A stretch of DNA of 63,409 bases, the filler included, from Octopus bimaculoides (lineage: Eukaryota), in the NCBI RefSeq assembly GCF_001194135.2. It is 4 parts of 4 records of this genome, joined end to end, with 100 filler letters (N's around TTAATTAATTAA, not from the genome) between each part and the next. Parts side by side here need not be neighbours in the genome. Positions count along the whole stretch, not along the records: positions 17,203 to 44,622 come from NC_068998.1; positions 44,723 to 61,233 come from NC_068989.1; 2 more parts are not named here. One strand, written 5' to 3'. The position numbers and the translations under genes are program-made. Below, piece after piece: positions 38,292 through 51,449 of this stretch; the stretch's first letter is position 1, and each line of letters starts with the position of its first letter. The notes beneath the pieces are model-generated. The model made no database searches and was not told the DNA's origin. It saw only the letters and a program-made list of their open reading frames with translations.

Positions 38292-38330
38292 TCATGGATG
38301 GCTAAATTAAACACAGGTAACAGAGTTAAG
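38292..38330 (+). CDS. Gene C micro-exon 4 (SWMAKLNTGNRVK), putative omega site N-T-G
   Basis: cttttatttttag acceptor, AAG|GTATGC donor, 39 nt phase 0-0. Confidence 0.85.
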
Positions 38331-38951
38331 GTATGCGATATCATCTTAACTATTTTATCATAATTTTAACTTCAGTATAACTGATACAATTTGTAATTTA
38401 CCACGGAATATATAGCTAATGCAACGTACCGTTTTTGGAACATAACGTTGTACACACAGATTTATTAAATTTCTCAAATATTTTATCAACTACCTAATAG
38501 CATTCCTAGTGTAATATCATAATATAAATTAACACACCCATTATTACTTGTAGTAGTATTATTAACCAACTGCCAAAATTATTACAATATACATCTAATG
38601 GATAATCCGATATCAGTATGGTGCACGTACATTGACATCACTGTTTCTCGACAAGATATAACGATATATACGTGTAGCAATACATGTATAATTTTCATAA
38701 AATTATTACAGCATAAAAGATACCCATTTGCCATTCAAACGCGCAGAAAGTGTGTTAATTCACTTCTTATTTATTATTTCGTAATAACATATTCGTCGCA
38801 CCAACCGGTACGGTGTCACTGACAGTCTGGCATTGCTTTAGTTTCAAAATAGTACTTCAGGTCAAATCCCTTTCACGGCAAATACATTTCATAAAAAGCC
38901 TTTCCCTATCATGTATAAAGTTATACTAATTTACTTCTGGTGCCTTTACAG

Positions 38952-39005
38952 ATGATATTCCAATCAACAATATTTACTGCAGTTGTGTGTATATTACTGA
39001 ATTGA
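38952..39005 (+). CDS. Gene C terminal exon 5 (MIFQSTIFTAVVCILLN*); full product 104 aa
   Basis: gtgcctttacag acceptor; hydrophobic tail then TGA. Confidence 0.85.
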   Translation: MIFQSTIFTAVVCILLN

Positions 39006-39073
39006 TGCATAGAAAAATAGGTTCAATGCTACCACAATAATACAGCTGTGTTATTCCGAAGATTTTAATAAAA

Positions 39074-39157
39074 CTACAGTCATGTGACTCAGAAATATTG
39101 AAGCTACAGTCATGTGACTCTGAAATATTGAAGCTACAGTCATGTGACTCTGAAATA
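39074..39157. repeat. 30-bp tandem repeat x~2.8 in gene C 3' UTR
   Basis: ctacagtcatgtgactc(a/t)gaaatattgaag at 39074, 39104, 39134. Confidence 0.9.
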
Positions 39158-39964
39158 CGTCATCACAGTTAGATGAATGAAAACAGTAAAAACATTTTTT
39201 ATTTCTATTTTACTTCTAATTAAACCATAAAAAATCAATATCTACTTAATTATTTTATAGTTTTACTGAGGCCAACAGGATGGTAGCGACTGCACTGGAG
39301 TTCTGTGTAAGTAGTTTCCATTACTAAGCTTTTCGTAAAATTGCAGGAAGGTTCTTCAGGAATTGCAAATAGGAAAGACACCAGGGGAGACTGAAACTAA
39401 TTTACTTTCACCCCATGTATACCATTCAGTTTCTATGGCAATATATTCAAAATTTTCAGACGGACACGCTTACGTATGCAGTTTGTTAAAATAATGGTTT
39501 CAATTACAAGATTTCTATGTAGATTGCTACAGATAATTATAAGGATTATAGTTATTATATATGAGGCATCAAGTATGTCTGCGTATATCAAAATAACACA
39601 TCAGCACTTTGACTGTCTTAACTTATATTCAGTAGACAGAATTCTAAAACATATATTTCCTCAAATAACCTATAAGCGCACTTTCATAAGCGTACATACA
39701 CACAGACATAGATATATATATATATATAAATACATGCATATATGTGTAGGAAAAAAACGCATCGTACATTTTGTATATGTGTGCGTGTGTGTAAGTGTGA
39801 GTGAATATCGCGAAGCTAACATGGCAGTCCAGAAAAAATACGACGAATGCTGCCGTTGATTAGCTCCAAGAGGTCGACGCCCCTACTTAGCTACGTGACA
39901 CACAAGCCTGTGTCCGTTACAATCTTCGAATAGGGGAGTGCATTAGCTCCCCATGCTAGTTCAG

Positions 39965-40010
39965 ATATCCACAGACTAGTTTCAGGGCATTTGCCCTTTA
40001 TCGATGTAGG
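39965..40010 (-). other. Degenerate minimal hammerhead motif of a second type
   Basis: Minus strand CTACA-TCGATAA-A-GGGC(AAAT)GCCC-T-GAAA-CTAGTC-TGTGG; stems I and II pair, core mutated. Confidence 0.4.
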
Positions 40011-41099
40011 GTAGTCGACACAGCAGGCGTCGCTGTTGACTGACTGTTCGAAGGTTTATATATATTCAGTGGGACATATCCACTGGTTTTCAAAAATAGA
40101 AATATTATGATTTCTAAATGTCTCTAAAGGAGACTACAGCAGAAGTACTGGGTATTAATAGTTATCACCATGAATATAAGTGTCAGTATTGTATACATTT
40201 CGAGAGAATTATTAGGAGCCAATTTTATATAGCTTTTTAGAGATGAACGAACGAATTACAAAGGTGGTAATAAAAAAATCATCAGCAATGTAACACAATA
40301 TATAAATCAAACATTTTCATGTACATTAAAATATACATTTTCAAAAATAATTTGGTTATAGGAAGTAGGGATACTTATGGGATACTACAAGATATTGTAG
40401 TGTAAATAGTGGACTGAAAAACAATTACAAAAAAAGGAATACACATAAAGGGGGAAATAAAAATACATAACTAAGGAAAACAAATATGAAATGAAAAAAA
40501 TTCGGAGGAAAATGGAATAAAGAGAGCTAATACAATTATACACAAAAATGGTTCAGATGAAAACAAAGTATATTTGGTGTACATAGAAATTAATACAGGA
40601 TATTACATGAAAGTGATTAGATGAGAATTATTTAAGACACTAAAGAACAGAAAATTTGATGTAATCTATATAAAATATTGGGGTTGCGATCGTCTAATTG
40701 AGTTAGCCTAATGTACTGAAAGTTTCAACGCTATGGAGCTGAAGCATGAAATGAAAACGGAAAAAAGAACAATAAAAGCAAGTGGACACTTGAATTCAAA
40801 ATAACGGCCAAAAAGATATAGATATACGCCTGTAAGATCTTACGACCATAGGAAAGAAAATGTGTTTCAGGAATATAGTACTCGGGGAAATATCAGTAGG
40901 ACCCCTAAAATAATAGAAGAGACAATGTGTAGGAAATACAGAAAACGCCGAAGAGGGAAACGCGGGAAAAGCAATCTAAGAGGCATGAGCCGTCTTTCGA
41001 AAATAAGAAACAAAAGGATGATTGATGAGGAAGGGAGGGAAAATATACACTGCGTCCCACAGTATTAAAGAAGTCAACCTCCTATCTATAAATAAATGT

Positions 41100-41489
41100 A
41101 TATTCGTTAAAAACCAGTCATTTTTTACACTGACGTTTGGCAATAGCTATCTGTGCTTATTCTGTTAAAATAATTCAGATTTGCGCAGACGCCAACAGAT
41201 GGCGCCGTTTTTGTGACATTAAAGTGTTAACAAATCAAGCATTCATAAAGCATTTAATAGTAAACATAATGATACGTTCGAATGAAAATAATCATGGAAC
41301 TATGATGACATACAGCTCCGAATGTTTCATGTATGATCATCCACATGCAATTAACTTCCTTATGCGATGATCCATATCTTGTGTCATGTTTTGAGGAGCA
41401 TCTACTATAGCCTCCCAGAGAGCAACTTTACTTGAAAACTGCCGTCCATTTTCAGGGGATTCCACAGGTTCCCGATCGGGTTTAAGACA

Positions 41490-41490
<1 letters not shown>
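41100..41490 (-). mobile_element. Tc1-like transposase 3' relic
   Basis: ENGRQFSSKVALWEAIVDA..QDM follows the Tc1 C-terminal pattern. Confidence 0.55.
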
Positions 41491-41540
<50 letters not shown>

Positions 41541-41570
41541 NNNNNNNNNNNNNNNNNNNAAATATATATT

Positions 41571-41703
41571 CATTATTACATTTGACGGATATTTGTCCTC
41601 ATCTTGTTTGTTGTTAACATGTTAACACAACGTTTCGGCTGATATGCCCTCCAGGTTTCATCAGGCGTATTGGGGAAATTTCGAACCTGTGTTCTAATTC
41701 CTC

Positions 41704-41763
<60 letters not shown>

Positions 41764-41952
41764 TCGAAAAATACATTAGGAATCAGAACCCAGGTTCGAA
41801 ATTTTCCCAATACTCCCAATACACTTGATGAAGCCTGGAGGGTATATCTGACGAAACGTTGTGTTAACAGCAAAAAAGATAAGGACAAATATCCTTCAAA
41901 TGTAAATATTGTAAATAACGTCCATAATTCCTCACCTCTTAAATATAGAACA
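41571..41952. mobile_element. Head-to-head inverted pair of hammerhead-bearing arms around (AAT)n
   Basis: Minus arm 41571-41703, (AAT)n 41704-41760, plus arm 41761-41952. Confidence 0.85.
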
Positions 41953-41956
41953 ACAA

Positions 41957-42085
41957 ACAGGGTGTCCAAAAAGTCTAGGTACATGGAGTAAATAAAATCA
42001 TAACATAAATAATTAAATATAAGAAATAATAATTTCTTAAAGTATGCGTTAATCTCCATGTACCCATACTTTGTGGACACCCTGT
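41957..42085. mobile_element. Tc1/mariner-type MITE (~129 bp)
   Basis: ~32-bp imperfect TIRs acagggtgtcca..gtacatggag / ctccatgtac..tggacaccctgt, followed by TA. Confidence 0.8.
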
Positions 42086-42699
42086 ATATATGTATAGATA
42101 TAGACACACACATAAACATATGCGTGTTTGCGTTTGTGTGTGTATCCAAAATTAGGGAATGAAGTAGATAAAATCCACGCTAATCATTTTGGTAGAAGTA
42201 ATTGCCCAAACGAGTGTAATGCGCTAGTTATAGGTCAGGCAATATATAATTATGTTACAATTGTCTAAAAATATATAATGTAACAGGATTAATATTTCAG
42301 TCACATTTCTTTCAGGAATAGAAGAAACACTTTGAATATATTATATTCATAGAAATGGAAATTCATATCGGAAGCAAATTATATAATGTTTAGAACAGAA
42401 AAATGGTTTAATATATCTTAAAATATACTTTATAATATACATTTTGAAAAATATACCGTTGGGGAGTTGAAACAGTCTAGGAATGAATATTATAGAAAGA
42501 AATGAAAGTAGTAAATAATAAAGCAAAATATGGAAAACTACTGGTAAATGATGATGTAAATATATACATAAAGAATGAAAAGATGGTTTAAATGAATAAA
42601 AAACAGAGAAAGATATAGCAACCATAAATACCATAATTATACGTATTTCAGATTTCTGAAAGTTATTTGAATAAAAACTCAACCTGTCAAGATTTACAT

Positions 42700-43560
42700 T
42701 TCCTATCTCAGAAATCCTTTACCGGCCTCCATATTTTACAATGTGAACAAAATATTAAATTGTTATGAACTGCAAAAAATATGATTTAAAATAATGACAT
42801 GTATGTCTATAGATATAATTCTTACCACAATATATGTTTTTTTTTTGTTCGATTGATTGCTTTGTAATAGAATGAGCTAGCAGAATAGTGGAGGCAGAAT
42901 AGTGACAGAGTTATTTTGCAAGCCGACGTCATCCCACATTTATCTCCACCGCCGCTCCGATCAACTACATCATCTTATTCGGTCAAATTCGAAATCCCAA
43001 TTTTTGAGGATCAAACGGATTTGTATTGACATAGGGGATTACTGGAAACATACAAATGCTTTCGTATGTAATTATGTCAAACGAGGTTACAGTGAATCAC
43101 GTTTAAAGGAAATAGCAAATGAAATAGCTAAGATTAGCAAAGATAGTCATAAATACCATAAATACCATGGGAAGTCCCTTGGCTATTGTACGGAAATGAC
43201 CGATAAAGTTGCAATGAAGAACCACTTGCAACATTACGCATTGAGAAATATTTTCATCCTAGTTCACAAATAGATTTAATTTAATATACAAGTCAGATTT
43301 CAGGTTAAAAAAAAACTAGAAATATTCTGTGTTAACCAAGAATTAACACACTCAAGAGCTGTGGCTTATAACCTGCAGAAAATCTTAACATGCACACTTT
43401 ATTGTAGATAGCATCGAATGAACAAAGATATCAAGTAATATTCAAATTCGTAAAAACATATGTATACTCATAAAAGTGAATTTAAGAAGATAATAGTATC
43501 ACTGTAAGATCGTTTCTAGTTCCTCTTTCAGATATTCCTGAAGATATGCAAGAATTCACA
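42700..43560 (+). mobile_element. Decayed Penelope-like element, RT C-terminal region
   Basis: ORF 42902-43273 TELFCKPTSSHIYLH..SQFLRIKRIC..KRGY is the PLE KPT..H.YLH/LR..RIC/RGY signature. Confidence 0.8.
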
Positions 43561-44268
43561 TAGGACAGAGTACGTCATTGAAAATGGCGCGAGAGACATC
43601 AATCTTTTTTTCATCATAATATTACAATCGAACACAAAAGCATTTAAAATTGATGTTATGAACTTTATCGTGCGTCTCAGGTTTCTTGAACCATTTATCG
43701 GTATCTCTTGGATGCTCTAATTATTATGGAGCGTATATAAAACTGAATCGACAAAGAAAGCTATTTTAATCTACACTAACTGCAACATTACAATGCGGTG
43801 ATATTGCCTCCTTATAATTAGCTTGTCTTGCTTGAAAGAAAACTTTTTTTTTATACTGAAACTTTTAACAGTTACTCATGAATCATCCATCATTTCTTCG
43901 ACGAAATTATAAATGGATTCGTGTTGCCAGCGAGAAAATGAGGTTTTATATCGATTCTATTATATATATATATATTACGTCGTTCATATGCATTGAATAT
44001 CCAGCAACATATACAAAATGATATTTAAATGAAATAATGTTGGAGAATCGCATCTAAATGTCATTGATGCTAACAATGCAATTAATTCATTGCATTCTAC
44101 AATTTCTAGACTCTATGATAAATATAAAACTAAAAATGGGGGATGGGAAGAAGAAGAAGAAGAAGAAGAAGAAGAAGAATGAAACTGGATTACACATGTC
44201 AACACACTTGTAGACTACATTCCTGTTAATTAAAATAGCATGTGATACCATTTATCTTACTAGTACCG

Positions 44269-44320
<52 letters not shown>

Positions 44321-44622
44321 GAGCAGAAGGGATGCTGCAAGGGCTCATACGACTGTAAAGATCAATTATTGATCAATAAAGCCATAACTGAAGACAGTCG
44401 CAGAAAGAAGAAAGGCCTCAGTATGACCTGGGTGGACTACCAAAAGGCTTTCGACAGTGTTCCCCACACGTGGATTCTGGAAACACTAGCCATAAACAAG
44501 GTGGCACCAATTATTATAAAATACATAAGGCACTCAATGAACAAATGGCAGACAGTGCTACAGTTCCAAACAAAAGAGGGACTTGTGAAAACGAAAGCCA
44601 TCCCCATTAGAAGAGGAATATT
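44321..44622 (+). mobile_element. R4/Dong-like LINE RT fragment starting directly after (TAA)n
   Basis: LLINKAITEDSRRKKKGLSMTWVDYQKAFDSVPHTWILE..IRRGI. Confidence 0.9.
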
Positions 44623-44725
44623 NNNNNNNNNNNNNNNNNNNNNNNNNNNNNNNNNNNNNNNNNNNNTTAATTAATTAANNNNNNNNNNNNNNNNNNNNNN
44701 NNNNNNNNNNNNNNNNNNNNNNGTA

Positions 44726-44757
<32 letters not shown>

Positions 44758-45403
44758 AGTGCATGCGCATGCCCACACACACACACACACGCACATATAT
44801 ATATATATGCAAATATATCTATACATACCTACTTTCCTGCATGCATATGTACGCATATTAACAAAAGATTTTGGTTTCGATTCCAGAACCAAGCGGTGCG
44901 TTGTGTTCTTGTTCAAAACACCTCTTTTCACGTTGGTCCAGTCCTCTCAGCCATAAACGAGTAACCGTGCCAATGATTGATGTTCCCTTTGCAGGGAAGG
45001 TCTTGACCTCACGTACTTATACCTTGTAAGTCTGCCGCATCTAGTCAGTTGGGTGGCATCATTGCAAAGACTACAACAATGCGAGGAAGCGCATTGCTAC
45101 ATTCAAATTGATGTATACAGTGGTATATATATATTTAAAGTGGAATGCTTTCAATAAATGAGTTTTGCACAGTCACACACGCAAGGTTTACTCCTGAGAG
45201 TCTTCTGCTGATATGAAGGAGGATGGTGGATGAGGTTGCATTGAAAAATGCAAAGTCTAAGGTCGTTTTTCATTGGTCATTGCTGGCTACATGATCGAAT
45301 TTTTAAATAAGTGTCAGATTGCTGATATCGATTTGATCTAGGAAATTTGCAAAGGGTTGCCCCAGCATTACTGAAGTTTAATGACTATTCACATACACAA
45401 ATA

Positions 45404-45566
45404 GGCGCAGAATGCCTGTATGTTAAGAAGATTTCTTTCTAACAACATGGCTTCGGGTTCAGTCCCACGCCGGGACATATTGAGCAAGTGTGTTCTGTAA
45501 TAGCTTCAGGTCGACCAAAGCCTTGTGAGTGGATTTGATAGACGGAAACTGAAAGAAGCCTACTGT
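45404..45566 (+). mobile_element. SINE family A 5' half followed by (GTGTCT)n-type satellite
   Basis: Family A head; repeat 45567-45690. Confidence 0.75.
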
Positions 45567-46477
45567 GTGTGTCTGTGTCTGTGTGTGTCTGTGTCTGTAT
45601 GTGTCTGTGTCTGTGTGTGTCTGTGTCTGTGTGTGTCTGTGTCTGTGTGTGTCTGTGTCTGTGTGTGTCTGTGTCTGTGTGTGTCTGTGTAGTTCATCAC
45701 GCATGGATGCGTGACGGAATATATCGACAACACAGACACCTTCCTCTCCAGCTAAGCCTTCATCAACATTTTTCAAGCATCACTTGAAAACGAAAGGTGG
45801 AGAGCGAAGTGCTATATGCCATCATAGTTGTTGAAAGGTGGATGGAAGTGATGATCACGATTCAAGTGAATAGACCCGCTTTGGACATTTAGCTGTAGAT
45901 GCGAGTGTCTTACTCGCTTGATTGAATGGAATCGTTAACATGGTGGGTCCTCTTGTCTAATGAGCTTTCGTTTCCAGTATCCTTTGTCAGCGCTTTTAAT
46001 CGTGTCACACACTTTTCTTTCAGGGCTCAGCGTTTCAGTCTTTGTTGAGCTTCCTGTTTGTCACAAGTCTTTTATTCTAATAGCTACTTTCTTCGAACTA
46101 CTGCGCTTTGGAACTAACTACCTCCGTCATGTTTAACCTCTAGTCTTTGATATTCAGTCCTTTAAACTTCCTGTCAATCAACATCATATGAATTTGGAGG
46201 CCCATGCTTTTTCTTCTTTGTAACTCCTTTGGCTATAATGGCCTCAAGTCTTGTTTGGGACAAGATCATATGGAAATGTTTACCAAGCTGGCAGAATTGT
46301 TACCACGCGGAACATAATGTTTAACGGAATTCAAATCCATCGAGGTCTATTTTGCCTTTCAATCCTTTCGACTCCGAAAGGATGAAAGGTGTTGTAGCAA
46401 TTTCGCCCTCTCCTCCAAATTTCTGGACTTGTGCCAAATTTTGTAACCACCATCATCATCACTGTTATCATGATTAC

Positions 46478-46507
<30 letters not shown>

Positions 46508-46511
<4 letters not shown>

Positions 46512-47185
46512 TAGTTTTATTTTTATAACGTGCTTTCACTTCACTACCGAACGCAGCTCTGTGCGCCTTGGGTATGTGCTGTGGTTTGCTGTGGTTCTCT
46601 TATGTTTACTGTATTGAAAGTGTTTTGCGTAGAATGTGTGCAGTACCCAGTAGTGCAATTTTCTGTATGTTATATATATTTGTAAGTCCTGGTGTTTTTG
46701 TTATGTATTTGTCTGAATATTTTTTTATTATACCTAAGGCACCTACTATGATAGGAATTGTTTCTGTTTTTAGATTCCACATTCGAGTTATCTCTATTTC
46801 CAGGTCTTTGTATTTTGAAAGTTTTTCCATTTCTTTTAGAGAAACGTTGTCATCTGCTGGTATTGATACATCAATTAGAAAGCATTTTTTTTCTTCATGA
46901 TCTTTGACAACTATATCTGGTCTATTTGCCTTAATTTCTCTATCTGTGTGTATTGGCATATCCCAGAGTATGGTTGCTTTCTCGTTTTCTGTGACCTTTT
47001 CTGGCGTGTGTTTATACCATCTTTTTTCTGTTGCTATTCCATAATGTTGGCATAGCTTCCAGTGTATATAGGTCCCAGCTCTGTCGTGTCTGTGAATATA
47101 TTCCTTCTTAGCCAGGACTGGGCAGCCAGAGATAATATGATTTATTGTTTCTTGTCGATCTCCACATATTCTATTATTATTCAAA
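46508..47185 (-). mobile_element. R4/Dong-clade non-LTR element 3' end: CCHC knuckle plus PD-(D/E)xK restriction-like endonuclease and 3' UTR
   Basis: ORF 46606-47199 (RICGDRQETINHIISGC..ANRPDIV..LIDVSIP..EKLSKYKDL); 3' end joins (TAA)n. Confidence 0.92.
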
Positions 47186-47200
47186 TGATGCTCTCTCACT

Positions 47201-47565
<365 letters not shown>

Positions 47566-48968
47566 TATTATTATTATTATTATTAAATAAAACAAAACTT
47601 CAGACATGAATATTTATTGAACTCATATTCCAACGTATCTTTGTCTAACAAAAGCCTAGAATTGCCTTGTCTATTTAAACAATATTTTTTTTTTCTTTTC
47701 TGATTTCGCTGATTAGAACAACAGTTATAATTTTACTGCAGACAGCGTACAAAGATGACATATAGGATGATTGAACAATGTGTCAGTTACATTAACAATT
47801 TATTATTTCAATCTGAATTCGATTTAAAATGGAACGGCAAAGATCAATAGCATTCTCAAGTGTTGATGTTTTATTTCATCGACGAAACGAATATATAATA
47901 GAGTGAGTAGAGATGAAGAGAGAGAGAGATAGAGAGAGAGAGAGATAGAGAGAGAGAGAGATAGAGAGAGAGAGAGATGAAGAGAGAGATGGAGGGAGAT
48001 AGAGAGATTATATAGATATAAATTTGCATATAATTTTATGAATGTATGCATGTGTGTGTGTTTGCATCAGTGCGTATGTATTTATGTATATGTATGAACA
48101 TAAATATGTTTATTACTGTGTGCGGGTGTTTCTCTCTCTCTCTCTCCTTCTCTTGTTACCCGTCCTTCACCTCTCACCGTTACTACTACTATCTCTCTCT
48201 CTCTCTCTACCTCTCGTTGCTCACTTTTATTCTACTTCCTCTCCTCCTTTTCCCTCTGCTACTCTTTCTCTTCACACAGCCTTGATCACGTGTGTCCGGC
48301 TGCTATTTCTTTTCATTCTTGGAATCACCAAGCTCGCACGTACTTCTTTGCCCCTCCTGTACGTGCTTCACAGAGTTCAAGACATACACACTTCACGTCT
48401 GGCTGTACAGCCATTTTGTCTGTTTATTTCACCGTTTCGTTTTCCTGTCTTATTTTCCGTCCGCCACTACCCTCCACNNNNNNNNNNNNNNNNNNNNNNN
48501 NNNNNNNNNNNNNNNNNNNNNNNNNNNNNNNNNNNNNNNNNNNNNNNNNNNNNNNNNNNNNNNNNNNNNNNNNNNNNNNNNNNNNNNNNNNNNNNNNNNN
48601 NNNNNNNNNNNNNNNNNNNNNNNNNNNNNNNNNNNNNNNNNNNNNNNNNNNNNNNNNNNNNNNNNNNNNNNNNNNNNNNNNNNNNNNNNNNNNNNNNNNN
48701 NNNNNNNNNNNNNNNNNNNNNNNNNNNNNNNNNNNNNNNNNNNNNNNNNNNNNNNNNNNNNNNNNNNNNNNNNNNNNNNNNNNNNNNNNNNNNNNNNNNN
48801 NNNNNNNNNNNNNNNNNNNNNNNNNNNNNNNNNNNNNNNNNNNNNNNNNNNNNNNNNNNNNNNNNNNNNNNNNNNNNNNNNNNNNNNNNNNNNNNNNNNN
48901 NNNNNNNNNNNNNNNNNNNNNNNNNNNNNNNNNNNNNNNNNNATATATATATATATATATATGTATAT

Positions 48969-49006
<38 letters not shown>

Positions 49007-50903
49007 ATTTATACATATATACATATATATGTGTGTGTATCTGTGTGCATGTATGTATATATATATATACATAGAGAGAGAGAGAGAGAGCGAGAGAGAT
49101 AGAAAGCGACAGAGAGAGAGAGAGAGAGAGATGGATAGTTATATACATATATATACACACATATATATATGCATACACATATATATGCATATATGTATCT
49201 CTCTCTCTATATATATATATACTACAATACAGAAAGCTGCTTATTAATTAGGTAACAACTACTAAAAGTACTAAAAGAAAGGGTTGACCGTCTAGAAATA
49301 TTTTTATACATTCATGTTCTCAGAAATTTCCTATAAATTCGATTTATGAAGTTTCTTAAATATTTTAACTCCAATTTCTCGCAAATTTAAATTTTCATTG
49401 CATTCACTGCAGAGTATTCCATTCCCATTTGCAAAGTCTCTCACTTCCTCTTAAGTTTTCATTCGCTATTTGGAAACCCGACAGTTTATTCTATTAACGT
49501 ATATGTAACATATTATTTATTATTCTATTAATGTATACGTAATTTATTATTTATTGAATGAAAATTTACCCTAAAACTAACCTTCCCTTTCATATTGTTA
49601 CGTAGATGCATAAGGACCTTTGTATTTAAATAGTGCCTTGAAACTCAGTTTCTGTGCGTTCTTGAATGGCTTACAAACATCTACGCTGCAATTGTTTTTG
49701 TTTCAGCACACGATCTCAGATCAAGTCACTTGCTATGCAAGTACATCTCCGTAATTTTTTTTTTTTAATAATGTGGATCAATGCCAGCAATGACCTTCTC
49801 AGGCTCCCCAATATTTTAATCTCTAAACAAAAACAATCGGGGTCAGGGAGCGGGGTTGCAAAAACTTCGTATTTTCTCAAATTTTCTTTTATATAGCATA
49901 TACATGTTTTTATGGGGAAAAATATTCAAAAATATCGATACATGCATGGCTGATAAAGAAACGAAGATGGTTGTCTTTGGNNNNNNNNNNNNNNNNNNNN
50001 NNNNNNNNNNNNNNNNNNNNNNNNNNNNNNNNNNNNNNNNNNNNNNNNNNNNNNNNNNNNNNNNNNNNNNNNNNNNNNNNNNNNNNNNNNNNNNNNNNNN
50101 NNNNNNNNNNNNNNNNNNNNNNNNNNNNNNNNNNNNNNNNNNNNNNNNNNNNNNNNNNNNNNNNNNNNNNNNNNNNNNNNNNNNNNNNNNNNNNNNNNNN
50201 NNNNNNNNNNNNNNNNNNNNNNNNNNNNNNNNNNNNNNNNNNNNNNNNNNNNNNNNNNNNNNNNNNNNNNNNNNNNNNNNNNNNNNNNNNNNNNNNNNNN
50301 NNNNNNNNNNNNNNNNNNNNNNNNNNNNNNNNNNNNNNNNNNNNNNNNNNNNNNNNNNNNNNNNNNNNNNNNNNNNNNNNNNNNNNNNNNNNNNNNNNNN
50401 NNNNNNNNNNNNNNNNNNNNNNNNNNNNNNNNNNNNNNNNNNNNNNNNNNNNNNNNNNNNNNNNNNNNNNNNNNNNNNNNNNNNNNNNNNNNNNNNNNNN
50501 NNNNNNNNNNNNNNNNNNNNNNNNNNNNNNNNNNNNNNNNNNNNNNNNNNNNNNNNNNNNNNNNNNNNNNNNNNNNNNNNNNNNNNNNNNNNNNNNNNNN
50601 NNNNNNNNNNNNNNNNNNNNNNNNNNNNNNNNNNNNNNNNNNNNNNNNNNNNNNNNNNNNNNNNNNNNNNNNNNNNNNNNNNNNNNNNNNNNNNNNNNNN
50701 NNNNNNNNNNNNNNNNNNNNNNNNNNNNNNNNNNNNNNNNNNNNNNNNNNNNNNNNNNNNNNNNNNNNNNNNNNNNNNNNNNNNNNNNNNNNNNNNNNNN
50801 NNNNNNNNNNNNNNNNNNNNNNNNNNNNNNNNNNNNNNNNNNNNNNNNNNNNNNNNNNNNNNNNNNNNNNNNNNNNNNNNNNNNNNNNNNNNNNNNNNNN
50901 NNN

Positions 50904-50954
<51 letters not shown>

Positions 50955-51449
50955 AGCTATATGTATACTATACCTGTATAGATGTTTTATGTCAGTATAT
51001 TTGTAGGCACTTATATGTGATCTTATTTGTATATGTACACATGTGTGTATGTACGTGTACATGTATATTTATATATGTGTATGTATGTCTCTATGTGCGT
51101 ATGCATTCATGTATGCATGAGTGTATGTTTGTATTTATTCCAATATATGCATATATGCATGTATGGTTACATTTACCTATTCTGTTTGCTTGCATGTGCT
51201 TGTATGTGTATGTATATTTGTGTTCGTAAGCATCAAAATAGTGAAAATGTATATATAAGCAGATATGAATATGCATGTTTTATGTATGTTTACATATACG
51301 CATATATAAATCTATGTGCAACTGTGTATTATGAGTCTGCTTGTATGTGCCTACACATGTGTTTGTATATATCTTTGTATGTACATGTATAAGTGTGTGT
51401 GCGCGCGCGCGTGTGTATGTGTGTGTGTGTGTGCGTGTGTGTGTACGTA

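Noticed and set aside
27573-39005. Assignment of genes B and C to Ly6/uPAR, insect OBP/CSP, saposin or conotoxin families
   Set aside because: Cys number and spacing do not fit (no C-x3-C, C-x2-C, CC or 10-Cys LU pattern), and a GPI tail argues against a secreted toxin
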